A stretch of 64,000 nt of DNA from Octopus sinensis (taxonomy: Eukaryota): contig NC_043003.1 of NCBI RefSeq assembly GCF_006345805.1, positions 3,596,001 through 3,660,000 of the forward strand, read 5' to 3'. Below are positions 53,274 through 60,136 of this stretch, one piece after another (positions within the stretch are counted from its first letter, which is position 1; every line of letters begins with the position of its first letter). The notes beneath the pieces are model-generated. The model saw only the letters and a program-made list of their open reading frames with translations. It made no database searches and had not been told where the DNA came from. The position numbers were made by a program, and so were the translations under genes.

Positions 53274-56081
53274 GATGGATGGATGGATAGATAGATAAAT
53301 AGAGAGATAGATAGACAGTCAGACAGATAGATAGACAGACAGACAGATAGATAGACAGACAGACAGATAGATAGACAGACAGATAGATAGACAGACAGAC
53401 AGATAGATAGACAGACAGACAGATAGATGGATAGAGAGAGAGATAGAAAGAAAATTTGCTGACCTGGCATTCTGTTCCATCTCACAGCGTTGGTAGAGTT
53501 CCATTGAAAAGGTAGCCATTCGCTTGTAGATGTCACTGCAGATAAGTGCAATGGGGATGGGATCGTCCGATCTCCCCCATAACAGTTTGGCTAATTTATT
53601 ACGATTCATAAGGACAGCCCAGACTATGAGACAGTTGATGGCCTGTAATAGAGAGAGCATTAACAAGCCATTTAGTTCATCACAAACATATAATGGTGGT
53701 TTTTACATAGCAGTGTGTGTGTGTGTGTGTTCTGGTGTACACCAGTCTGCCAACCAACAGGCTGACATAAATTCTCTTCTATAAATAAGAACCTTTGTCA
53801 ACTGATCAATCAGACCTAAGTTTTGGCTACACTTTGCTGATAAGGTCCAGTAAGACAGGAACATATCTATTGTTGCATCCCTTGGCTGCTAACACTGATC
53901 TAATCCTCAAAGCAAGAAAACAATTTTCTGACATTTCCCAATACCTTCAAGTTATCTCCCCTTTTCTGCAGCAGCCATTTGCATTTACCATTTGCAGTTT
54001 TGCTTTTTTTTCTCCAATTTAAAGATAAATTCCAATAAAGCAAGACATTTTTTTGACACACAACATTCCCAGTACATCAGTCTTTAACTCGGCTCATTAC
54101 ATTTATCTCTCATAACCTCATTACATCCTTTTTAATCAGGGTAATCTCATTTGTTCATACATGAATTTTTATCTTTTAGTCCTTAGACTGTGGCCATGCT
54201 AGGGCACCACCTTAAAAGGTTTAGCCAAACAAATCAACAGTCAGTGCTTATTTTTAAGTCCAGTGCTTCATTTATCACTCTCTTTTTGCTGAACTGCTGA
54301 GTTACAGGGATGTAAGGTAACCAACACCAGTTGTTAAGTGGTAGGAAACAAGATACACACACACACACACATATATATACAGACACACGTGTATGCATGC
54401 ACACACAAACACACACACTCACGATAGGCTTCTACACAGTTTCTGTCTACCAAATTTATTCCTAAGGCATCAGCAGGCCTGGAGATAGAGTAGAAGACAC
54501 TTGCCCAAGGTGCTACCATGCAGTGGGACTGAACTTGGAACCACGCAGTTGCAAAGCAAGCTGCTTAACCACATGGCCATGACTGTACCTATCACCACCA
54601 CCACCACCACCACCATCATCATCATCGTTTAATGTCCACCTTTCCATAGCGGCATGGGTGGAATGATTTGACAGGAGATGGCCAGGCAGAAGATGGCATC
54701 AGGCTACTGTGTCTATTTTGGCAGGGGTTTTACAGCTGGGTGCCCTTCCTAACACCAACAACCCATAGAATGGACCCAGTGCTTTTTACTTGGCAAAAGC
54801 ACAGGTGAAGTCAGTTTTGGCTGGGTTTTTACAGCTGGGTGCCCATCCAAATGCCAACCTCTTTACAGTGTGGACTGAATGCTTTTACATGGCACCAGCA
54901 TTGGCAGGGTCACCAAGTACTTTTCAAGACAAAGGTTCTTTGAGAAGGTACGGAGCATGGACGAGGGGTCTTGTGTCGGATGATGAGAGGTTATATTGAG
55001 ACAGAGAGACAGAAACAGGTGTCCTAATGTAGAGGAGGTCCATGGTTAACCAGTCAGAGTGAGAGAATGGGAGAGAGAGAGAGAGTGGAGGAGAGTGAGA
55101 GAGGGCAACAGAGGGCAGGACAGAGATGGTGGTGAATTTGGATTTAGTAAGATCTTATTATGTATTGGTCTCTTCATCTTTGTCTTCTAGTCATGTGTGT
55201 GTGTGTATGTGTGTGTGTGTGTCTGTAAAGTCATGAATATGTCGATTGTCCATGGTAAGCTCCCTACCACTCACAAACCCTTTCTGACCTCAAATTCATT
55301 AGTAATCTCCATTTCCTCCTTGTTCTTCTCTACTCTACTCTCTCTCTCTCTCTCTTCCTCTCCACCCTCACCCAGAATTTCTTTTCCTTTCTCCCCCCCC
55401 CCCCACTGCCTTCACCTCCCACACATTTGCAGAAAAACAATTTGTTACCAATTTCAGAAATGGTAAGCACGCCGGGCAAAATGCTTAGCGGTATTTCGTC
55501 TGCCGCTACGTTCTGACTTCGAATTCCACCGAGGTCGACTTTGCCTTTCATCCTTTCGGAGTCGATTAAATAAGTACCAGTTATGCACTGGGGTCGATAT
55601 AATCGACTTAATCCTTTTGTCTGTCCTTGTTTATCCTTTCTGTGTTTAGCCCCTTGTGGGTAGTAAAGAAATAGGTATTTCGTCTGTCTTTACGTTCTGA
55701 GTTCAAATTCCGCTGAGGTCGACTTTACCTTTCATCCTTTTGGGGTCGATAATCTAAGTACTAGTTGAACACTGGGGTTGATGTAATTGACTCATCACCC
55801 CCACCCCCCACAATCTGCCCTTGTGGCAAAAAATTTGAAATAGCAATAATTATTATTATTATGAAGACAGCAAGCTGTCAGAATGTTTAGCATGTTGGTG
55901 TAAAATGCTCAGAAGCATTTTGTCTGTCTTTATGTTCTGAGTTCAAATTCCACTGAAGTCGACTTTGTCTTTCATCCTTTCGGGGTCGATAAAGTAAGTA
56001 CCAGTTAAGTACTGGGGGGGTCGATGTTAGCACCTATGCTCCTCCCCACAAATTCCAAGCCTTGTGCCTATAGCAGAAAGG

Positions 56082-56121
<40 letters not shown>

Positions 56122-57981
56122 TTAAGGTGGTAAGCTGGCAGAATTGGTAGCATGCTGGGCAAAATGCTTAGAAGCATTTCGAGTTCAAATTTTACTGAGG
56201 TCGACTTTGCCTTTCATCCTTTTGGGGTCAATAAAATAAGTACCAGTTGAATACTGGGGTTGATCCCTCCCAAAATTGCTGGCCTTGTGTCAAAACCTGA
56301 AACCAGTATTACAAGTGCACGGAACAAAATCGTTAGTGGTATTTACAGTGAAAATGATATAGTAAACACAATATAATAAACGACACAGTTGACATAATGC
56401 AGTGAACATAATATAGTGAACATAACACAGTGAACACAATATAGTGAACATAAACAGTGAACCTAATGTCGTAAACATAACATAGTGAGCACAATATAGT
56501 GAACGTAACACAGTTAACATATACAAGGTGTCTTATGTTCACTATAATAAAGAATACTGCAAACAACATACAAAAAATGTGAAACAACATTATTATAAAA
56601 GAATTAAGAAATGTGAACCTTTCTTTCAGCAACAACAGGGTCTAGGACATACAACCCTAGGGAGTTCATGGAGAGTTCACAGGGCTGGACAAAGTCTTTG
56701 ATTCCACACAGTTTGTAAATGAGACGATTCAAATCTGTGTCCAAGAAGTTGGCAGCCAAAGGCTGATCTCTTGATTGCTGGACAAAACAGAACCAAAACA
56801 AAAAGAAAACATAAGTTAAACAGTAAAAACTTTTGTTTGGTGAATGTTGTTGTTGCCGTTGTTGCTATTTAACACCAGGTCAGTCCACCTTGGGTGGATC
56901 ACTGATCAAAGGCACACCAGCCATGACCATCTTGTCTTGCTTTTTTCTGGCATAGTATATCTAAGGCAGCATTTCCCAATGTAACCTTTGCATGGCTAGA
57001 ATTAGGGTTCTTTGACTGACCCTTATTTGGTGGACCCCTTCTCTGGAGCCTCTGCCTATTCCAAGTATAACACCAATTTCATTACATTTACCCACTTCCA
57101 ATGGCCACCCTTCCAGTAATGTTCCCTTTTCTGTCACCCTTGTTGAAATAATGGAGAAATGGTGATGACAGCAATGACAGCTGCATCCACCCGCACACCC
57201 TACTCCATCCCACTCCACCCCACCACCACCACCACCACCACCACCACAACCACCACTACTGCTACTACTGCAGAGAGTTACAAGAAATGAATAAAGTGAA
57301 GATGGAAAGGTCTAAAGATTAAAAACTCATTGGGAAATGGCCCAGGGTCATCATAGAGTACGAAGGTCAAAAGCTAAAATAAGCCTCATATGGCTACTGC
57401 TGAGATGATGATGATGATCATCATCATCATCGTCATGACAATATTCATGATAATGATGAACCTGACAGTGATGATGATGATGGTGATGACAGCAACAACA
57501 CCGCTAACAAGAATATATGGAAACGTTTTAAGTGTCATGAATTTTGTGGATAAGTCCTTCTTAGAATATTTTACATTCTGTCTTATGTTCCACCTTACAT
57601 TCATGCATATCTGTTATTTCTGCATAAATTTGGAAAATGTACATCTTTCCTTTAAGTACAAATGGTTTCTGTTGTCGGCCAACAGGACTGAGGCAAGCAG
57701 AGTTATGTACCTTACCCAGCTACAGGTAAGATAAGAAATTATGATATATCAAGTTATATGAGAAAAGGTGAAATATATTTCATACTTACGAAATTCTTGC
57801 CCAGAGCACCTTCTAAGCAGGTTGTGTAGAAGAATTCTCGCTCTTCAGCTTTTTCAAAGAGAAGCTTCAGTTTTTTATGATTCAAGAATTTATGAACTTG
57901 GAAGTTCTGATCGAGAAAAAGTTCTACAAAATCTTCACGATCTTTTCTCTGCAGCGACTGATCAAAGAGGTTTTTATCAAT
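4937..57981 (-). CDS. TRPM-like / probable TRPS (ced-11-like) cation channel with C-terminal NUDT9-homology domain; 5' exons lie beyond the window; 23 exons, 1165 aa reconstructed
   Basis: 23 GT-AG exons join in phase into one frame of 3498 nt ending in TGA at 4937-4939. Motifs: [10 protein letters not shown] (MHR3), [18 protein letters not shown] (MHR4), AHPCCQKWL (pre-S1), [11 protein letters not shown] (S4-S5), WKFQRY (TRP box), [24 protein letters not shown] and [15 protein letters not shown] (NUDT9-H). Confidence 0.95.
5303..5560 (-). mobile_element. RTE 3'-UTR short copy. Other copies near 141-480, 8445-8770, 14505-14680, 14890-15090, 19425-19660, 28190-28440, 40135-40420, 51470-51780, 54600-55100, 63830-63970
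   Basis: Shared core CTGGATGCCCTTCCTAACGCCAACCACTC and (CAT)n/(TGA)n tail. Confidence 0.85.
6190..6500 (-). mobile_element. CR1-clade LINE 3' fragment
   Basis: [35 protein letters not shown], same family as 38407-38973. Confidence 0.85.
7186..7458 (-). CDS. TRP exon 22 (273 nt, 0/0): [91 protein letters not shown]
   Basis: ttacag acceptor, gtaagt donor; NUDT9 signature [15 protein letters not shown]. Confidence 0.95.
8617..8769. repeat. Near-perfect hairpin inside an RTE 3'-UTR copy (75-bp arms, 3-nt loop)
   Basis: 8617-8691 versus 8695-8769. Confidence 0.92.
9625..9960 (-). pseudogene. Decayed restriction-like endonuclease region of a CRE-like non-LTR retrotransposon
   Basis: [26 protein letters not shown]...SATSPGFAA...K.K.SKH..L resembles KRPDG.T..PW..GK.L.WD.TC.D...SA..PG.AA..AE..K..KY..L. 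Confidence 0.6.
10931..11050 (-). CDS. TRP exon 21 (120 nt, 0/0), degenerate Nudix box: [40 protein letters not shown]
   Basis: atgcag acceptor, gtatgt donor; colinear with NUDT9 [22 protein letters not shown]. Not in the ORF track. Confidence 0.87.
11371..12110. repeat. 33-bp minisatellite, about 22 copies
   Basis: Unit CCCCATCTAGTGACCCCAGACTGGTAGAACCAA. Confidence 0.95.
12141..12354 (-). CDS. TRP exon 20 (214 nt, 2/0): [32 protein letters not shown]...[21 protein letters not shown]
   Basis: tttcag acceptor, gtaagt donor; NUDT9 motifs NPxGRTG and WGPNH. Confidence 0.95.
12572..13500 (-). mobile_element. RTE 3'-UTR copy with a diverged ~62-bp tandem array (12740-13490)
   Basis: Same tail and core as the other copies; about 12 degenerate units. 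Confidence 0.85.
15581..15784 (-). CDS. TRP exon 19 (204 nt, 2/2): [67 protein letters not shown]
   Basis: ttgcag acceptor, gtaagt donor; VDRRS...Y...G.P leads into NPMGRTG. Confidence 0.92.
17072..17925 (+). mobile_element. Decayed Tc1/mariner-superfamily (maT/DD37D-like) element
   Basis: [16 protein letters not shown]...PPNS...[18 protein letters not shown] with stops; weak terminal similarity. Confidence 0.75.
18942..19036 (-). CDS. TRP exon 18 (95 nt, 0/2): [31 protein letters not shown]
   Basis: ttacag acceptor, gtaagt donor; YDPxxY of the NUDT9 cap. Confidence 0.9.
21095..21213 (-). CDS. TRP exon 17 (119 nt, 1/0), start of NUDT9-H: [40 protein letters not shown]
   Basis: tcacag acceptor, gtaagt donor; H..SR.SPYP...RFPV.D..VPWE motif. 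Confidence 0.93.
21515..21905 (+). mobile_element. Non-autonomous Helitron
   Basis: 3' end CCTGAGCAACGCCGGG hairpin followed by CTAG|T at 21902-21906; internal AACCGATT..ATGAAACTT motif; 5' end merges into (TA)n. Confidence 0.7.
22174..22208 (+). ncRNA. Minimal PLE-type hammerhead variant
   Basis: GTTT-CCGACGAA-GAGC-TCC-GCTC-GAAAC-GTC-AAAC; loopless palindromic ACGT stem III; U4C change and an extra A. Confidence 0.55.
22708..22763 (-). ncRNA. Type I hammerhead-like motif, sense to the TRP pre-mRNA
   Basis: Minus strand GTCT-CTGATGA-ctgaatatcccataccctgagatatccca-GAAAC-AGCT-GTA-AGAC; base of stem II is imperfect. Confidence 0.65.
24692..24831 (-). CDS. TRP exon 16 (140 nt, 2/1), coiled coil: [46 protein letters not shown]
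   Basis: gttcag acceptor, gtgagt donor; heptad pattern. Confidence 0.9.
26122..26270 (-). CDS. TRP exon 15 (149 nt, 0/2): [49 protein letters not shown]
   Basis: cctcag acceptor, gtaagt donor; phases fit. Not in the ORF track. Confidence 0.88.
26843..27091. repeat. Foldback, 78-bp arms, 93-bp spacer
   Basis: 26843-26920 versus 27014-27091. Confidence 0.9.
27911..28124 (-). CDS. TRP exon 14 (214 nt, 2/0), TRP box: [40 protein letters not shown]...CKCWKKSAL
   Basis: ttacag acceptor, gtatgt donor; WKFQRY and PPP. Confidence 0.96.
28815..28935 (-). CDS. TRP exon 13 (121 nt, 1/2), S6: (D)[39 protein letters not shown]
   Basis: ttgcag acceptor, gtaagt donor; CP motif and S6 xxAMF. Confidence 0.93.
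29130..29390 (-). pseudogene. RTE-like LINE fragment just upstream of the RT domain
   Basis: [18 protein letters not shown]...[19 protein letters not shown] with frameshifts. Confidence 0.7.
29530..29715. repeat. Foldback, ~76-bp arms
   Basis: 29530-29605 versus 29640-29715. Confidence 0.9.
29979..30005 (-). CDS. TRP microexon 12 (27 nt, 1/1), pore turret: KKTSSPFVS
   Basis: tattttccatttcag acceptor and strong CAG|gtaaga donor 27 nt apart; in frame between exons 11 and 13 and skippable without frameshift. Confidence 0.7.
30550..30931 (-). pseudogene. Penelope-like RT C-terminal (thumb) fragment, frameshifted
   Basis: [25 protein letters not shown]...[15 protein letters not shown]...[10 protein letters not shown] matches the PLE pattern YRKPN...SNHP...RIS..SS...F...Y..AL..SGF. 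Confidence 0.8.
31077..31124 (+). ncRNA. PLE-type hammerhead variant beside the PLE RT fragment
   Basis: GTCT-CCGATAAA-GGGATA..TATCCT-g-GAAAC-AGCT-GTA-AGAC; core deviates (U4C, G8A). Confidence 0.5.
31541..31597 (-). CDS. TRP exon 11 (57 nt, 1/1), pore turret: [19 protein letters not shown]
   Basis: ttccag acceptor, gtaagt donor; turret cysteines; phases fit. Confidence 0.88.
31960..32279. repeat. 17-bp minisatellite, about 19 units, with a 68-bp higher-order repeat
   Basis: Variants of GAGGAA(C/G)TG(G/A)TGAAC(A/C)A; a four-unit block recurs three times. Confidence 0.9.
32655..32829 (-). CDS. TRP exon 10 (175 nt, 0/1), S5-pore helix-filter: [58 protein letters not shown]
   Basis: ttttag acceptor, gtaaat donor; GV..QA.LYP motif. 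Confidence 0.93.
34387..34705 (+). mobile_element. tRNA-derived SINE family D. Other copies near 48222-48590 (+), 45930-46200 (-), 16230-16350 (-), 52560-53020 (-)
   Basis: A/B-box head GGCTTAGTGGTTAG..GAGTTCGATTCCC followed by TTGTGTCC.TGAGCAAGACACTT. Confidence 0.85.
34772..34970. repeat. Long imperfect palindrome (~95-bp arms, 9-nt loop)
   Basis: 34772-34866 is the reverse complement of 34876-34970. Confidence 0.92.
34806..34866 (-). ncRNA. Type I hammerhead-like motif in the left arm of a palindrome
   Basis: Minus strand AATAA-CTGACGA-GATGCCGG..CCGACATC-t-GAAACTCAGAGTT-TTATT; palindromic stem III ACTC-A-GAGT; one extra U before GAAA. Confidence 0.6.
35515..36434 (-). mobile_element. Internally deleted, decayed mariner element
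   Basis: TIRs GGGTCATCCCATAAATAATGC / GCATTATTTATGGGACGATC in TA context; transposase remnants [35 protein letters not shown]. Confidence 0.9.
37041..37274 (-). CDS. TRP exon 9 (234 nt, 0/0), S3-S4 and linker: [31 protein letters not shown]...[24 protein letters not shown]
   Basis: cttcag acceptor, gtaagt donor; S4-S5 LGP motif. Confidence 0.93.
37500..38015 (+). mobile_element. (AAT)n-tailed retroposon 3' family. Other copies at 19890-20445 (+) and 24930-25160 (-)
   Basis: Three homologous copies ending GCACTGCTCTCTCAC.CAATAATAAT; parent element not identified. Confidence 0.75.
38295..39075 (+). mobile_element. Mariner-derived MITE interrupted by CR1; uninterrupted ~200-bp copy at 39908-40109
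   Basis: TIRs AGGGGTTGCTGGAAAGTTCCTGGCTT / AAGCTAGGAACTTTTCAACACCCCT; internal sequence encodes the mariner C-terminus GLEKL..CNKCV.L.GEYVE. Confidence 0.85.
38407..38973 (+). mobile_element. CR1-clade LINE 3' fragment nested in a mariner-derived MITE
   Basis: ORF 38456-38902: VRPHLEF...WNPY...[10 protein letters not shown]...TRGH..K...FF..RVV..WNKLP. Confidence 0.9.
40550..40693 (-). CDS. TRP exon 8 (144 nt, 0/0), S1-S2: [48 protein letters not shown]
   Basis: ttacag acceptor, gtattt donor; two hydrophobic helices. Confidence 0.92.
41035..41163 (-). CDS. TRP exon 7 (129 nt, 0/0): [43 protein letters not shown]
   Basis: ttccag acceptor, gtaaat donor; corresponds to the FxxAPxxKF motif before S1. 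Confidence 0.92.
41855..42150. repeat. (GAT/GGT)n microsatellite. Representative of many others: (GAA/GGA)n 15085-15285, (AAT)n 33803-33950, (AGT)n 49420-49730, (GATA/GACA)n 53260-53450, (AAC/AAT)n 37295-37445, and many (TA)n and (CA)n tracts
   Basis: Directly visible simple repeats. Confidence 0.95.
42466..42557 (-). CDS. TRP exon 6 (92 nt, 1/0): [31 protein letters not shown]
   Basis: ttgcag acceptor, gtaaaa donor; phases fit. Confidence 0.85.
43512..43980. repeat. Foldback with ~170-190-bp diverged arms
   Basis: About 43512-43688 matches the reverse complement of about 43797-43980. Confidence 0.88.
43775..43832 (+). ncRNA. Decayed hammerhead-like motif at the inner end of a foldback arm
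   Basis: TCTA-CTGAGGA-...-GAAAT-CTTAAG-ATA; stems I and II are damaged in this copy, and the inverted partial copy restores GCAT and TAGA. Confidence 0.45.
45412..45514 (-). CDS. TRP exon 5 (103 nt, 0/1): [34 protein letters not shown]
   Basis: ttccag acceptor, gtaaat donor; hydrophobic pre-S1 elbow; phases fit exons 4 and 6. Confidence 0.88.
47107..47359 (-). CDS. TRP exon 4 (253 nt, 2/0): [11 protein letters not shown]...[36 protein letters not shown]
   Basis: tttag acceptor, gtttgt donor; MHR4/pre-S1 motif FIAHxCCQ. Confidence 0.93.
50108..50520 (+). mobile_element. tRNA-derived SINE family C with internal microsatellite. Other copies near 7790-8210, 8255-9040, 16480-16650, 22880-23360, 33030-33430, 36640-37030, 44105-44520, 48620-49030, 54170-54580
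   Basis: Head GGCGCAGGAGTGGCTGTGTGGTAAG..GGTTCAGTCCC, CORE-like GGCACCTTGGGCAAGTGTCTT, (GTAAAAGA)n tail. Confidence 0.85.
51150..51440 (-). pseudogene. RTE-type LINE C-terminal fragment of a different family
   Basis: [16 protein letters not shown]...[15 protein letters not shown]...MDRE resembles the end of an RTE ORF. Confidence 0.55.
53464..53642 (-). CDS. TRP exon 3 (179 nt, 0/2): [59 protein letters not shown]
   Basis: ttacag acceptor, gtcagc donor; TRPM MHR4 motif LxxWAVLxNR...A..LW. Confidence 0.93.
56619..56777 (-). CDS. TRP exon 2 (159 nt, 0/0): [53 protein letters not shown]
   Basis: gtccag acceptor, weak donor AAG|gttcac; frame joins exons 1 and 3. Confidence 0.85.
57790..57981 (-). 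CDS. TRP exon 1 of 23 in window (192 nt, phase 0/0): [64 protein letters not shown]
   Basis: ttcag acceptor, gtaagt donor; matches the TRPM MHR3 pattern DRxDFVxLLL...FL...L..L. Not in the ORF track. Confidence 0.92.
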
Positions 57982-58044
57982 CTGAAATATTTGATAAAGT
58001 TATGTTTAATAAATATAAAAAATATATACATAATATATGTGTAC

Positions 58045-58098
<54 letters not shown>

Positions 58099-58144
58099 GG
58101 AGAATTCACAAAAAAACAAAAGACAGAGACAGGTGGTGTAGACA

Positions 58145-58860
58145 AGAAACAGATCATCATCATCATCACCATCGTTTAACGTCTGCTTTCCATGCTAGCA
58201 TGGGTTGGACGATTTTGACTGAGGGCTGGCGAACCAGATGGCTGCACCAGGCTCCAATCTTGATTTGGCAGAGTTTCTACACCTGGATGCCCTTCCTAAC
58301 ACCAACCACTCTGAGAGTGTAGTGGGTGCTTTTTATGTGCCACTGGCACGGGGGTCAATCGGGCGGTACTGGCAATGACCTCGCTCAAATCTTTTTACAC
58401 ATGTCACCAGGTGCCAGTAAGGAGACGTTGGTAACGATCATGCACAAATAGTGCCTTTTTATGTGCCACCGGCAAGGAAGCCAGTTGGCTGCTCTGGCAA
58501 CAATCACGCTCGGATGGTGCTCTTGGCACCTTACTAGCACGGGCACAAGTGCCAGTAAGGCGATGCTGGTAACGATCATGCTTGAATGGTGCCTTTTATG
58601 TGCCACTTGCACAGAAGCTGGTTAGCCGGCTTAGTGTCCAAGGAAGGAAAAGGTATGTATAAGTGGGCTGGTTATGCTCCTGGCATGGGCCACAGATTAT
58701 AGTCTCATTTGGCTTGCCGGGTCTTCGCAAGTACAGCATATTTCCAAAAGTCTCGGCTGCTAGTCATTTCTTCAGTGAGGCCTAATGTTCGAAGGTCGTG
58801 CTTCACCACTTTATCCCAGGTCTTCCTGGGTCTACCTCTTCCACAGATTCCCTCAATGCT
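58145..58860 (-). mobile_element. RTE LINE 3' fragment with internal VNTR
   Basis: Minus strand GICGRGRPRKTWDKVVKHDLRTLGLTEEMT followed by the same 3' UTR. Confidence 0.85.
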
Positions 58861-58900
58861 CTTTCACAGAAAGGAACACAAAAATAAACGAGAGTGTGTG

Positions 58901-58933
<33 letters not shown>

Positions 58934-58936
58934 CTA

Positions 58937-59133
58937 CAACTTATAAATAAGGGCAAAAGAAAAAAATTCTTATACCAAATATGGCAAGAAATTTTTTAGA
59001 AATTTCTGTCAGCTTGCTTCGAGACGCATGCTTAGAGTGATGAATTATTATTTGTGCTTATTGACGATTTAAAGTCTATTTCTTGGCATATTTGGCATAA
59101 GAATGTTTTTCGTTTGTCCTTATTTATAAGTTG
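58937..59133. repeat. Foldback, ~56-bp arms
   Basis: 58937-58992 versus 59078-59133. Confidence 0.85.
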
Positions 59134-59228
59134 TTTATAGTTTTCACCTTAAAAGGTATTTTTTAATATGCTGGCCACTGATAAGATGTTTTGAAAATTT
59201 TATCCTATATTAGATATATATATATGTG

Positions 59229-59259
<31 letters not shown>

Positions 59260-59362
59260 TCAGTAAAAGCAATTAAGATTCAAATGAGTTCCAATGAATT
59301 CACATGAATGCGGTACTTAACTTAGATGCACCAGAAATCTATATGGCATTAACCATAAAATA

Positions 59363-60136
59363 ATGCGGGGTGATTATAAACAGGAAAAAAGCAACAAAAA
59401 TGGATTAGTTGTTCAGTACAATTGTTTCATACGAAGAACAGCTTTATTAAAAGCTGCAAATATTGATATCTATAACAACAATATACATTCGGATATAAAT
59501 ACAAGCAATAATAGTAGCAATACCAATAATGTAAGTAATTATGATAGGGCTATAGAACTAAATGATAGTATAAACGGATCGATAAATGATAACACTGCTT
59601 TAGATAACAACATTAACTATAATAACAATAAATATACTCATAATAATCAGAATAGCAAAAATATGGGATATCTATCCTTAAATAATTCTACATCTGAAGA
59701 TGATCCCCCTAGATGTAATTGTAGAATTAGGTCAAAATGCCCGGCACCTGGTCTGTGTGGGGTAAATAACGTAATCTATAAATGTACCATAACTACTGAG
59801 AATAGCAAATTTTTTTATTCAGGTTGTACTATAAATTTTAAAAAAAGAGTTAGCAAACATGTCTCCTCCTTTAAGTTACGTCATAAAGCTGGTTGCACCA
59901 CACTTTCAAGTAAGATCTGGGAACTCAAAAATAATAATATTAAATATAACCTTAATTGGGAAATAGTTAGAAGAGCGATGCCGTATAGAAATAACAGGGT
60001 TGGTTGCCAACTCTGCTCCATGGAGACATATGAAATTCTAAGGCATAGAAAAAATAGGAATTTGTTAAATAACCGTATAGAATTGTGTCTTTCTTGTATT
60101 CACGTGAAAATCAAGACTCTAAAATATTTTAAATAA
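59363..60136 (+). CDS. Penelope-like GIY-YIG endonuclease ORF (Asn-rich linker plus CNCR..CP..G.C / VIY / YSG / KKR / C..C..E / LLN / C.H); no RT seen
   Basis: Uninterrupted 257-codon frame with the Cys-rich motif and GIY-YIG catalytic positions typical of PLE endonucleases. The first ~34 codons lie in or before the inverted terminal repeat. Confidence 0.88.
   Translation: MRGDYKQEKSNKNGLVVQYNCFIRRTALLKAANIDIYNNNIHSDINTSNNSSNTNNVSNYDRAIELNDSINGSINDNTALDNNINYNNNKYTHNNQNSKNMGYLSLNNSTSEDDPPRCNCRIRSKCPAPGLCGVNNVIYKCTITTENSKFFYSGCTINFKKRVSKHVSSFKLRHKAGCTTLSSKIWELKNNNIKYNLNWEIVRRAMPYRNNRVGCQLCSMETYEILRHRKNRNLLNNRIELCLSCIHVKIKTLKYFK

Noticed and set aside
57768-58322. Plus-strand 184-aa and 100-aa ORFs over 57.8-58.3 kb
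   Set aside because: They are antisense shadows of TRP exon 1 fused to (TA)n and RTE sequence.
59363-59465. ATG at 59363 as the true start of the GIY-YIG protein
   Set aside because: This stretch is flank plus the antisense terminal repeat, so the frame is probably open by chance and the native 5' end is unknown.
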